NCBI GenBank assembly: GCA_965204735.1
Contig: OZ242008.1
Coordinates: forward strand, 2,496,001-2,560,000
Direction of reading: 5' to 3'
From: Longimicrobiales bacterium
Lineage (GTDB): Bacteria; Gemmatimonadota; Gemmatimonadetes; Longimicrobiales; Gaopeijiaceae
Length of the DNA: 64,000 nucleotides
Shown: piece after piece, positions 1 to 8,598 of the stretch
Position numbering within the stretch: position 1 is the first letter of the stretch
How the letters are laid out: each line of letters begins with the position of its first letter
Program-made: the position numbers and the translations under genes
Notes under the pieces: model-generated
The model's database searches: none
The model's input: the letters and a program-made list of their open reading frames with translations, nothing else
What the model was told of the DNA's origin: nothing

Positions 1-935
1 ACCACGAGACGGTCTTCGACCAGAACGAGCTTCCCGAGTCGGTGGTCGTGCTGGGCGGCGGACCGATCGGCCTGGAGTTCGCCCAGGTGTTCTCGCGGCT
101 GGGGGCCAAGACGACGGTGCTGGAGATGGCGCCGTCGATCCTGGTGCGGGAGGACCCGGACGTGTCCGCCTTCATGCAGCGCCTGCTGGAGGCGGAGGGG
201 ATCGGCGTGCGCACCGGGACGAAGGCGACGCGGGTCCGGGCCGAGAACGGCCGGACGGCGGTGGAGACGGCCGACGGCGAGGCGGTGGCGGCGGGCCGAG
301 TGTTCGTGGCGACGGGGCGGCAGCCGTGCACCGACGGGCTGGAGCTGGAAGCGGCGGGCGTGCGGACGGAGCGGGGGGCGGTGGTGGTGGACCGATGGCT
401 GCGGACGTCGGCCGACTCCGTCTGGGCGGTGGGCGACGTGACCGGCGGGCTTCAGTTCACCCACGTCGCCGAGCACATGGCCAAGGCGGCGCTTCGGAAC
501 GCCGTCGTGCCGGGCAGGGCCCGAGTTTCGTACGACCACGTGCCCTGGGTCACCTACACCGACCCGGAAGTGGCCCGGGTGGGGCTGGGCGAAGCGGAGG
601 CCGCAGCGGCGGGCGGAACCACGTACCGCTACCAGATGGACGACCTGGACCGGGCGATCGTGGACGCCACGGCGGTCGGGTTCGTGAAGGTCTCGGCAGA
701 CCGGAGGGGAAAGGTGCTCGGCGCGACGGTCGTCGCCCACGGCGCCGGCGAGATGATCCTGCCCCTGGTGATGGCCAAGCGGCACGGCCTGAGCCTTGCC
801 CAGGTGGCCGACACCACCTTCCCTTACCCCACCATGGCGGAGGGAGTGAAGCGGGCATCGGGCGAATACATGCGGTCCCGACTGGACACGCTGGCCGGCC
901 GTGCCCTCAAGCGAGCGATCCGGTGGCTGAAGTAG
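1..935 (+). CDS. Pyridine nucleotide-disulfide oxidoreductase (dihydrolipoamide dehydrogenase / mercuric reductase-like), 5'-truncated
   Basis: NAD-binding GGGPIGLEFAQ, ATGR, WAVGDVTG and a dimerisation domain ending FPYPT. No C-terminal Cys-Cys pair, so not a bona fide MerA. Confidence 0.85.
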   Translation, partial: HETVFDQNELPESVVVLGGGPIGLEFAQVFSRLGAKTTVLEMAPSILVREDPDVSAFMQRLLEAEGIGVRTGTKATRVRAENGRTAVETADGEAVAAGRVFVATGRQPCTDGLELEAAGVRTERGAVVVDRWLRTSADSVWAVGDVTGGLQFTHVAEHMAKAALRNAVVPGRARVSYDHVPWVTYTDPEVARVGLGEAEAAAAGGTTYRYQMDDLDRAIVDATAVGFVKVSADRRGKVLGATVVAHGAGEMILPLVMAKRHGLSLAQVADTTFPYPTMAEGVKRASGEYMRSRLDTLAGRALKRAIRWLK

Positions 936-2548
936 AGGACCGGGCTCGGGAGGACCGGGCTCCGGAGGCCAGCGCTCTGGAAGCCAGGGCTCAGGCGCCA
1001 AGGACCGCGTCCGGCCGCAGGGGGGCCGCGCTTCGGCTGGCGGCGCTCGTGCTGATCGTGGTCGGAGGCTTTCTGGCCGCCCGCTTCACCCCCGTCGGCG
1101 AGTACCTGACCCGCGAGGGTGTCGGGGCCGCCGTCGAGCAGCTTCGCAACGCCCCGTGGGCGCCGGTGATCTTCATCGCGGCCTACGCCGTCGCCACCGC
1201 GCTGGCGGTTCCGGGCACGGTCCTCACCTTGGCCGGCGGCGCCGTCTTCGGCTTGGCGTGGGGGACGCTGTACAACGCCGTCGCCGCCAATCTGGGCGCG
1301 AACGGGGCGTTCGCCCTGGCCCGGGGCCTGGGACGGGACGCCGTGCGGCGCTTGGCCGGAGGCGACTCCAAGGCGCTGGCCCGGCTGGACGCCGCGGTGA
1401 GTCGCCACGGCTTCCAGGGGCTCCTGACCCTCCGCCTGATCCCCTTGGTGCCGTTCAACGTCCTCAACTTCGGTTCGGGACTCCTGCCCATGAAGTGGTC
1501 CACCTACGCGGCGGCGACGGCGATCGGCATCCTTCCGGGGACTGCCGTCTACACCTTCTTCGCCGAGGCCCTCCTCCGGGGCTCCCAAGAGGCGTCCAGA
1601 GACGCCCTGGCGCGGCTCTTCCTCGCCGGCGGCCTCCTTGCGCTGCTGAGCTTCCTGCCGGCGATCCTGAAGCGCTGCGGCGCGCGCCTTCCGGGCATGG
1701 GAAGCTTGGCGGTGGCGGCGGCGCTGGGGATCGGCGCGGCGGGCGCGGCCGCGGCCCCGCAACCGACCCCCGACCACGACGCGACCGGGCTTCCCGGCCA
1801 CGACGCCCTGACCCGGGTCCTTTCCGCGGTCGTCGAGGCGGACGGGAGCGTGGACTACCTCCGGCTGGCCGAGAGCTACGAGCGCCCGACCGGGTTGGCC
1901 GCCTACCTCCAGCTGCTGGCGGCCACGAAGGCGGCGGCGCTGGAGACCGCACCGACTCGGGAGCGGCTGGCGTTCTGGATCAACGCCTACAACGCCTGCA
2001 TGCTGAAGCGGGTGATCGAGCACTACCCCATTGCGCCCGCCGGCGGCTTCCGGGGCCTTCGGAACCGGGCTGCGGGACGGCCGGAGAACTCGGTGTGGCA
2101 GATCGAGGACGTGTTCACGGGACCCCACTGCCCGGTGGCCGGGGCGCTTCGCTCGCAGGACGAGATCGAGCACGAGATCGTCCGCCCCATGGGCGACCCG
2201 CGCATCCACTTCGCCGTGAACTGCGCCGCCCGCAGCTGCCCGCCTCTGGTCCCGCAGGCCTACGAGGGCGAATCGATCGACCGGCAGCTCGACCAGCGGG
2301 TCGCCGACTTCATGGCCGACTCGACCCACTTCTCCGTGGCCCGCGCCCACGGGCGCTCCGTGGTGCGGGTCAACAAGGTGCTGGAGTGGTACAAGGAAGA
2401 CTTCGGCGGAGAGGAGGGGGTTCTGTCGTTCCTGGCGGCCTACGCCCAGGGCGCACTGCGGGAAGCGCTGGAGCAGCCGAACGCCAAGCTCGAGTTCTTC
2501 GAATACGACTGGACCCTGAACGACAGCTCGACGGACGTGTCGCGATAG
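923..2548 (+). CDS. TVP38/TMEM64 (VTT/DedA) membrane domain fused to a DUF547 domain
   Basis: VTT motifs PGTVLTLAGGAVFG and LRLIPLVPFNVLN, followed by DUF547 motifs AFWINAYN, DPRIHFAVNCAARSCPPL and YDWTLN. GTG start estimated. Confidence 0.8.
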   Translation: MAEVEDRAREDRAPEASALEARAQAPRTASGRRGAALRLAALVLIVVGGFLAARFTPVGEYLTREGVGAAVEQLRNAPWAPVIFIAAYAVATALAVPGTVLTLAGGAVFGLAWGTLYNAVAANLGANGAFALARGLGRDAVRRLAGGDSKALARLDAAVSRHGFQGLLTLRLIPLVPFNVLNFGSGLLPMKWSTYAAATAIGILPGTAVYTFFAEALLRGSQEASRDALARLFLAGGLLALLSFLPAILKRCGARLPGMGSLAVAAALGIGAAGAAAAPQPTPDHDATGLPGHDALTRVLSAVVEADGSVDYLRLAESYERPTGLAAYLQLLAATKAAALETAPTRERLAFWINAYNACMLKRVIEHYPIAPAGGFRGLRNRAAGRPENSVWQIEDVFTGPHCPVAGALRSQDEIEHEIVRPMGDPRIHFAVNCAARSCPPLVPQAYEGESIDRQLDQRVADFMADSTHFSVARAHGRSVVRVNKVLEWYKEDFGGEEGVLSFLAAYAQGALREALEQPNAKLEFFEYDWTLNDSSTDVSR

Positions 2549-4047
2549 AGCGCCCGTCGTCGCCCTCGGCGGGCAAGGGCGAGTCTCTCCGGCGCGCGCA
2601 TCGGTCCTGGAGACCGTCGCGGGACGCGGGCCCGGCCGTCCACGGCTCGGCCCAAGGCGCGGAGAGCCTCGAAGTCGGCATCGTGATCCCCGCAATCGAC
2701 GAAGAGGAGGCCCTTCCCGCCCTTCTCGGCGACCTTTCGAGGCTGTCGCTGCCCAACCGAGTCGTGGTCGTGGACGGGGGATCGTCGGACGGAACCGTCG
2801 AGGCCGCTCGGGCCGGCGGCGCCCGGGTCATGCGAAGCCGCCCGGGACGCGCGCGCCAGATGAACGCCGGCGCGGCCTTCCTGCGCTCGCCGTGGCTCCT
2901 CTTCCTCCACGCCGACTCGCGGCTGGACTCGGCGGCCGTCCAGGCGCTGGAGTCTCACGTTCGGCGCCACAAGGCCGGACCCGATCCGGCCCCGGCGGCC
3001 TTCTTCAGCCTCGCCTTCGACCACCCCCACTTCTTCTACCGGCTGATCGAGCGGGGCCAGCGCCTGCGGGAAGAGCGCCTGGGGCTGATCTACGGCGACC
3101 AGGGGCTGCTCGTCCGCCGAGACGCCTTCCTTCGCGCCGGTCCCTGGCCCGACGAGCCGATCATGGAGGACGTGATCATGGCCCGTCGGCTGCGGGACGC
3201 CGGCCAGCTGGTCCGCCTTCCGGCCCACCTGGTCAGCAGCCCCCGGCGCTACGAGGAGGAGGGCAGGCTCCGGGCGTGGCTCCGAAACGCTTGGCTGATC
3301 TCGCAGTTCTTGGCGGGCGCCGAGCCTTCGGGGCTGGCGGCGGCGTATCCGACCCGCCGGGCGCGACTCCGACGGCGAAGCTCGAAGCCTCGGGCCGCCA
3401 CCCTGCTGATCTTCGCCAAGGCGCCCCGTCCGGGGTCGGTGAAGACGAGGCTGGCCCGAGCGCTGGGAGCGGAGACGGCCGCGACCGCATACAGGCGCAT
3501 GGGACGGCTGATCGTCGACCAGCTGGCCGACGCTCCCGCCGAGAGCGTCGTATGCTTCGACCCCCCGGACGCGGAGGACGAAGTGCGGCGGTGGCTGGAG
3601 CAACCGGATCCCAGGCCCGCCAAGCGCGACTCGGGAGAGGCGCAGGCCGCCAGACGCTACCTCCCCCAGGGCGCCGGCGACCTGGGAGCACGGATGTCGC
3701 GGATGTTCGACCAAGCCTTCGAGGGTGGGGGTCCGGTGGTCGTCGTGGGCACCGACGCGCCCGCCGTGGACTCGAGCGCCGTCGTCCGGGCGATCGACGC
3801 CTTGGAGACGGCCGACGTCGTCCTAGGTCCCTCCAGCGACGGCGGCTACTACCTCATGGCCCTTCGCAAGCCGTGCCCCGAACTCTTCCGCTCGGTCCCG
3901 TGGAGCACCTCCGCCGTCCTGTGGGAGACCGCGGAGCGAGCCCGGCGAACGGGGCTGCGCACCACGTACCTGGAGGTGGAGTCGGACATCGACACGGCCG
4001 ACGACCTGACGCCGGAGGCGGCGCGCCTCTTGGGCATCGCCACCTGA
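2545..4047 (+). CDS. Fused TIGR04283-type GT2 glycosyltransferase and TIGR04282/DUF2064-type transferase
   Basis: N-half has IVIPAIDEE, VVDGGSSDGT, GRARQMNAGA, LFLHADS, YGDQG and MED. C-half has IFAKAPRPGSVKTRLA, QGAGDLGARM, GTDAP, LGPSSDGGYYL and DIDT. Start uncertain (ATA 2545 or GTG 2683). Confidence 0.8.
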   Translation: MERPSSPSAGKGESLRRAHRSWRPSRDAGPAVHGSAQGAESLEVGIVIPAIDEEEALPALLGDLSRLSLPNRVVVVDGGSSDGTVEAARAGGARVMRSRPGRARQMNAGAAFLRSPWLLFLHADSRLDSAAVQALESHVRRHKAGPDPAPAAFFSLAFDHPHFFYRLIERGQRLREERLGLIYGDQGLLVRRDAFLRAGPWPDEPIMEDVIMARRLRDAGQLVRLPAHLVSSPRRYEEEGRLRAWLRNAWLISQFLAGAEPSGLAAAYPTRRARLRRRSSKPRAATLLIFAKAPRPGSVKTRLARALGAETAATAYRRMGRLIVDQLADAPAESVVCFDPPDAEDEVRRWLEQPDPRPAKRDSGEAQAARRYLPQGAGDLGARMSRMFDQAFEGGGPVVVVGTDAPAVDSSAVVRAIDALETADVVLGPSSDGGYYLMALRKPCPELFRSVPWSTSAVLWETAERARRTGLRTTYLEVESDIDTADDLTPEAARLLGIAT

Positions 4048-4093
4048 CGTCGGTACGGCCGACCGGGCCGGGTCCGCTCCCGAGTCCGGCTCG

Positions 4094-5527
4094 CTACTCG
4101 CCCCGGGTCCGCTGCAGGCCGTGCTCGTAGCCTTGCCACACGCCGGGCGAGACGGGCACGTACACGATGTCGAACGGACGCTCGCGGGAACGGTCCGCGA
4201 ACAAGGAAACGCCCTGGTGCTCCCCGACCCGCTCGATGTCGGCGCACTCCAGTCGGAGGGGCTCGCCCGACTTGCTGTACTCGCGCTCCTCGAACTCGAT
4301 GGGCTCGTCGCCGGCGAACCATTCCCTGCCCTGGGCGTAGGCGCCCGCAAAGTCCACGGCCGGCCTCAGCTCCGAGATCGAAACCCGGCTCGGACCCACC
4401 AGCGTGTCGCCCTGGGCGGTGATCGTCACCTGCGCCTGAAGGCCGGTGGCCAAGCAGATCGTGGCCGAGGCGCCCGTGGGCAGGGGCGGCGCGACGGTGC
4501 GCTCCATCACCACGGTGTCCGGCGGCGGCGCCGGGAGCGTCACCGTGTCGGGCATGGGGCGCTCGGCCAGCCGCGGCTTGCACAGGCCGCCCGTCGCTCC
4601 GCAGAAGGCCACCGAGGCGAGGACGCCGAGCTTGCGGCTCCGGAAAGTCGAGTGCTCGTTGTAGTTCAGCCCCAGCGCGAACGCCCCGACTCGAATCCCT
4701 CCCATGTCCAGCTGCAAGCCGGCGTTCACGTCGAAGCCGTTGAACTCGGCCGTCACGTTGAGGAGGCGGTCGTCGCCCAAGCCGACGTGGATCACCGACC
4801 CGGCGAAGATCCCGTCCGACTCGGCGTCGCCGTACAAGTCGAGGTTGCTGCCGGCGCTGAAGAGCCCGCCGCCCCAGCCGACGGTGAGGGAGAAGTCGTG
4901 CTCGGGAAGGAATCCGGCTTCGATCCCCGGAAAGTGGGCGGTGGCCACCGCATAGGGAGTCAGGTTGGACGAGAACTCCCGCGTCTCCTCGCTCCATATT
5001 CGGGCGTCGGGGTATCCCAGGCGGTTGGGACGGTACTCGTCGGTCGCCGGATCGAAGGTGGGCGAGGTCACGTACCGCGCGCCCACGGCCAAGTCGAGAC
5101 CTTCGACCGACGCCGGAAGGACGGAGAGCCGGGCGAAGGCCCCCAGCAGGTCCCCGCCCTCGTTCGCGTCGTCGTAGTGCTGGATCGTGACGCCCAGCTC
5201 GGCCACGTCGAAGAGGCCCAGCGCGATCGAGCCGTCGGAGAGCCACTTCTCGAAGGGGCCGTCGGTGGCGATCACCTCGCCCGCTCGGTTCACCACCAGT
5301 CGGTCGGAGACGGAGAGCCCGAAGCCCGAGTAGGTGCCGGACACCGCCAAGTGCGGCAGCACGGAGGCCGCAGGCACGTCGATCAGGCCGGAGCCGTAGC
5401 GAAGCGTGCTGGGCATCTTCGACGACTGGGAGGACGCGCTTGGGACGACGACGGCGAGGACCAGGACGGCGGCGACGCCGCAGCGGGCGGCCGCGCCGGC
5501 GGGGAGGACGAAAGAACCGAACGTCAT
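4094..5527 (-). CDS. Secreted / outer-membrane protein with YjbH-like N-terminal domain, Pro-rich linker and uncharacterised C-terminal domain
   Basis: Signal-peptide-like N-terminus, GSGLIDVPAASVLP motif, beta-strand pattern, PDTVTLPAPPPDTV linker. Confidence 0.55.
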   Translation of the reverse strand: MTFGSFVLPAGAAARCGVAAVLVLAVVVPSASSQSSKMPSTLRYGSGLIDVPAASVLPHLAVSGTYSGFGLSVSDRLVVNRAGEVIATDGPFEKWLSDGSIALGLFDVAELGVTIQHYDDANEGGDLLGAFARLSVLPASVEGLDLAVGARYVTSPTFDPATDEYRPNRLGYPDARIWSEETREFSSNLTPYAVATAHFPGIEAGFLPEHDFSLTVGWGGGLFSAGSNLDLYGDAESDGIFAGSVIHVGLGDDRLLNVTAEFNGFDVNAGLQLDMGGIRVGAFALGLNYNEHSTFRSRKLGVLASVAFCGATGGLCKPRLAERPMPDTVTLPAPPPDTVVMERTVAPPLPTGASATICLATGLQAQVTITAQGDTLVGPSRVSISELRPAVDFAGAYAQGREWFAGDEPIEFEEREYSKSGEPLRLECADIERVGEHQGVSLFADRSRERPFDIVYVPVSPGVWQGYEHGLQRTRGE

Positions 5528-5664
5528 CTGTTCACTCTCGGCTGAAGGGTCCGAAGATCCTGGTGCTCGCAACCCACGGACAAAGCTGGGGGCAGGGGCC
5601 CGTCGGTCCGGCAGGCGCACTTGTCTTGAAGATAATCGTTTCCGATGGGAACGACAGACCAGCT

Positions 5665-5952
5665 TCACTTCGGATCGGGGAGCGAACCCACGCCCTCGAT
5701 GCCCTTTTCCGCTCGCTTCAGCCCCCTTGCGATCCGCCACACCCAGACCAGGATCAGCGCCCAGGCGACGCCGTAGGCGGCGAAGACGTGCACGTACGGA
5801 CGGAGAGCGCCCCGCCCCGCTTCGGCCTGGAGCGCAAGCTCCTCGGCCCCTGCCGCGGCGCCTGGTCCGGCAAGGACGACGAGGGCGACGGCGCCGGCCC
5901 GCAGGCCGGGAAGCAGGAGACGGGGAAGCAGAAGGAAGGCGCGTCGGATCAT
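5665..5952 (-). CDS. ccmD: CcmD-family small membrane protein
   Basis: YVHVFAAYGVAWALILVWVWRI transmembrane segment followed by a charged tail. ATGA-coupled to ccmC. Confidence 0.65.
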   Translation of the reverse strand: MIRRAFLLLPRLLLPGLRAGAVALVVLAGPGAAAGAEELALQAEAGRGALRPYVHVFAAYGVAWALILVWVWRIARGLKRAEKGIEGVGSLPDPK

Positions 5953-6674
5953 GGCGAGGCTCCGGCAGGAGCTCCGGTCCGCGAGTCGGCTCCCGCGACG
6001 GCGGCCGGGGTCCGGCGTCTGCTCAGGAGTTCGACCGAGTACCGGAGGCAGAAGAGTCCCAGGAAGAGCAACGTGAAGCCCGCCAGGGACACGAGAAGGG
6101 TGGTCAGCATGTCGGGGTGGAGCGTCGGTCCCTCCGGCTTGATCACCACGGCGTCGGGATGGATCGACCTGAACCAGCTCACGCTCACGTGGATCAAGGG
6201 GATGTTCAGGGCGCCGACCACGGCCACGACGGCCGCGAGCCGCCTCCCCTTGCGCGGATCGGGAACCGAGCCCCGGACCAGGAAGTACCCCACGTAGGTG
6301 AACCACAGAACAAGGGTGAGAGTGAGGCGGGGGTCCCACTCCCAGTAGGCACCCCATGCAATCTTGGCCCAGAGAGGACCCGAAGTCAGCATGATCGCGC
6401 CGAAGACCAGTCCCCCTTCCGCCGCCGCAACCGCCGCCGCGTCGGCCCGTTCGTCGTCGAGCCAGAGATCTGCGGCGCTGGCGAGGGCGGCCAGGCCGAA
6501 GGCCAGGAACGTGGTCCACGCCGCCGGAACGTGGACGTAGAAGATTCGCTGGACCACCCCCATCGACGCCTCGGTGGGCACCCAGAACGCCACCATCCAG
6601 TGGACGGCCAGGACCGCGGCGACGCCTGCCGCGACAAGGCGGAATCCCCAGGGCGCGGCGCTTCTCGGCTTCAT
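5949..6674 (-). CDS. ccmC: Heme exporter protein C
   Basis: QRIFYVHVPAAW, WWD motif WAKIAWGAYWEWDPRLT, SIHP. Confidence 0.9.
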   Translation of the reverse strand: MKPRSAAPWGFRLVAAGVAAVLAVHWMVAFWVPTEASMGVVQRIFYVHVPAAWTTFLAFGLAALASAADLWLDDERADAAAVAAAEGGLVFGAIMLTSGPLWAKIAWGAYWEWDPRLTLTLVLWFTYVGYFLVRGSVPDPRKGRRLAAVVAVVGALNIPLIHVSVSWFRSIHPDAVVIKPEGPTLHPDMLTTLLVSLAGFTLLFLGLFCLRYSVELLSRRRTPAAVAGADSRTGAPAGASP

Positions 6675-6691
6675 CTGGCGGGCGGCTTCCT

Positions 6692-7369
6692 CTACTCCTC
6701 CGCCACGTGGCGGAACAGAACGGCGCCGGCGGCGAGGGACCCCAGGGCGAAGGCCCACAGGAGCCGCACGGGACCGGAAACTTCGGGCCAAGGGCGGCCC
6801 AGGAAAAGGCGCGTCGTGGCCGTGGCGCCGAAGAAGACCACCGGAGTCAGAAGGGGAAAGGCCAGGACCGGGAGCAGCGTGTCGCCCAGGGAGCTGTGGC
6901 TGGAGACGCGCCCGAAGAGGGTGCCGACCGCCGCCAAGCCGACGGTGCCGGGCAGCAGGACCGCCCCGTGGGACGCCAGTGGACCGGGGGAGCGCACGCC
7001 CAGGAACGCGGTCAGAGCGAAGAAGGCGAGCCCCGTCGCGATCCAGATCAGGACCAGGTTCGCCGCCGTCTTGCCCAGGAACACCGACGACCGGGACGCG
7101 GGAGAGAGCAGAACGTGGCGGAAGGCGCCGTCCCGGTCCTCCAGGTCGAAGGCGCGTCCGGCGCCGGCGGTGGCGGCGAAGAGGACCACCAGCCAGAGCA
7201 GGCCGGCGGCCACGCTGCGTCCGGGGACCTGGGTCCGGTCCAGGGACACGGCAAAGAGGAAGCCGGCCAGGACCACGAAGGCCGCCATCGCCGGCAGCCG
7301 CCCGCCGGAGCGGAACTCGGCCCGCAGGTCCTTGGCAGCGAAGAGCCATGTCCAGCGCAGTTGCCTCAT
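6692..7369 (-). CDS. ccmB: Heme exporter protein B
   Basis: KDLRAEFRS start, FDLEDRDG, FLGK, LLPVLAFPLLTP; multi-TM; lies in the ccm cluster. Confidence 0.85.
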   Translation of the reverse strand: MRQLRWTWLFAAKDLRAEFRSGGRLPAMAAFVVLAGFLFAVSLDRTQVPGRSVAAGLLWLVVLFAATAGAGRAFDLEDRDGAFRHVLLSPASRSSVFLGKTAANLVLIWIATGLAFFALTAFLGVRSPGPLASHGAVLLPGTVGLAAVGTLFGRVSSHSSLGDTLLPVLAFPLLTPVVFFGATATTRLFLGRPWPEVSGPVRLLWAFALGSLAAGAVLFRHVAEE

Positions 7370-8130
7370 CGGATTCCCGCTGGCGCCAGGGAGACTTCCG
7401 CGGAGCCGACGGCGGCGGGGCCGACGCTGCCGCCGTCGAGCGCCGCCGCCAAGTCGCCGGCCTCGTGGGACGCGGCGGCGCCCTCCAGCGCCTTTCGGCC
7501 CTCCCGCAGCACCAGGAACCGGTCGGCGAGACGGAGCCCCCGCGCCATGTCGTGGGTCGCGAGCACCACGATCCGGCCGGCGGCTGCGAGCTCGCCAAGG
7601 GCCGCCTCCAGGAGCGCGGCGCCGCCCAGGTCCAGGCCCGTGAACGGCTCGTCCAGGAAGACCACCTCCGGGTCGTGGAGGAGGGTGCGCGCCACGGCGA
7701 CCCGCTGCCGCTCTCCCCGCGAGAGGGCGCCCACGCGGGCGTCCGCCAACGCCCCCGCCCCGACCCGGTCCAGCGCGGCCTTCAGGGCGGCGTCGGCCTT
7801 CCGCCGACCGGCCGCCCGACCGTGCAGCCCCGCGAAGAAGCGCAGGTTCTCGGCCACGGTGAGCTTCGCGTACAGCCCCGTGCGGTGCGAGACCACCCCG
7901 ACCCGGGCCCGCCACGCCGGGTCCGAGCCGGAGACGGGCTCGCCGTCCAGGAGCACCACGCCCGCGTCGGGCTTCCGCTCGCCGCTGAGCACCTTGAGCA
8001 GCGTCGTCTTGCCGGCGCCGTTGGGACCGAACACCGCCAGCGCGCCCGTCGCGTCCGCCGACACGCTCACGCCGTCCAGGGCGCGGGCGGGTCCGTAGTC
8101 GCACACCAGGCCGCGCCCCTCCAGGGTCAA
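7366..8130 (-). CDS. ccmA: Heme exporter ATP-binding protein
   Basis: Walker A GPNGAGKTT, signature LSRGERQR, Walker B FLDEPF, THD. TTG start overlaps the upstream stop. Confidence 0.85.
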   Translation of the reverse strand: MTLEGRGLVCDYGPARALDGVSVSADATGALAVFGPNGAGKTTLLKVLSGERKPDAGVVLLDGEPVSGSDPAWRARVGVVSHRTGLYAKLTVAENLRFFAGLHGRAAGRRKADAALKAALDRVGAGALADARVGALSRGERQRVAVARTLLHDPEVVFLDEPFTGLDLGGAALLEAALGELAAAGRIVVLATHDMARGLRLADRFLVLREGRKALEGAAASHEAGDLAAALDGGSVGPAAVGSAEVSLAPAGIR

Positions 8131-8594
8131 GGGCGTTCTCCGTCTTCCCCGTCGGCGGCGACGGCAGCCCGGGAGGCATGGAGCCGCGTGCCGCACTTGC
8201 CGCAGTACTTGGCCCCGAACTCGTTGAGGCGACGGCAACCGGCGCACTGCAGTCCCTCCCGAAGCGCCCGCCGGATCGTCGCGATCTCGTCCTCCAGCGC
8301 CTGGGAGGCCCGGGCCGCCGGCGAATCCGTCCCGACCGTCTCGGGTCCCAGGCGGAGAAGCGCCTCTCGGGAGAGCTCGGCCCGGAGCCGCTCGTAGTCC
8401 TCGCCGTCGACCTTCCCGGTGGCCCGGTCGTACTCGAGGTCGCGAAGGGCCGCCAGCGCGACCCGCCGACGCGCTGCGGACTCGTCGTGCTGGTCCTCCC
8501 CGTCGTAGAGGAGCGCGCTCCGGCCGGACAGCACCGGTTCCAGCACGTAGAGCAGGATGCCGGCGGCCAGGAGGACGCCCCCGACCAGGGTCAT
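8127..8594 (-). CDS. CcmI/CycH-N-like membrane protein with C-terminal zinc ribbon
   Basis: N-terminal TM, LRDLEYDRATGKVDGEDYERL motif, CxxC...YCGKCG. Confidence 0.6.
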   Translation of the reverse strand: MTLVGGVLLAAGILLYVLEPVLSGRSALLYDGEDQHDESAARRRVALAALRDLEYDRATGKVDGEDYERLRAELSREALLRLGPETVGTDSPAARASQALEDEIATIRRALREGLQCAGCRRLNEFGAKYCGKCGTRLHASRAAVAADGEDGERP

Positions 8595-8598
8595 GCCG

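Noticed and set aside
1..935. merA mercury resistance
   Set aside because: Lacks the C-terminal vicinal cysteines, and there is no mer operon context.
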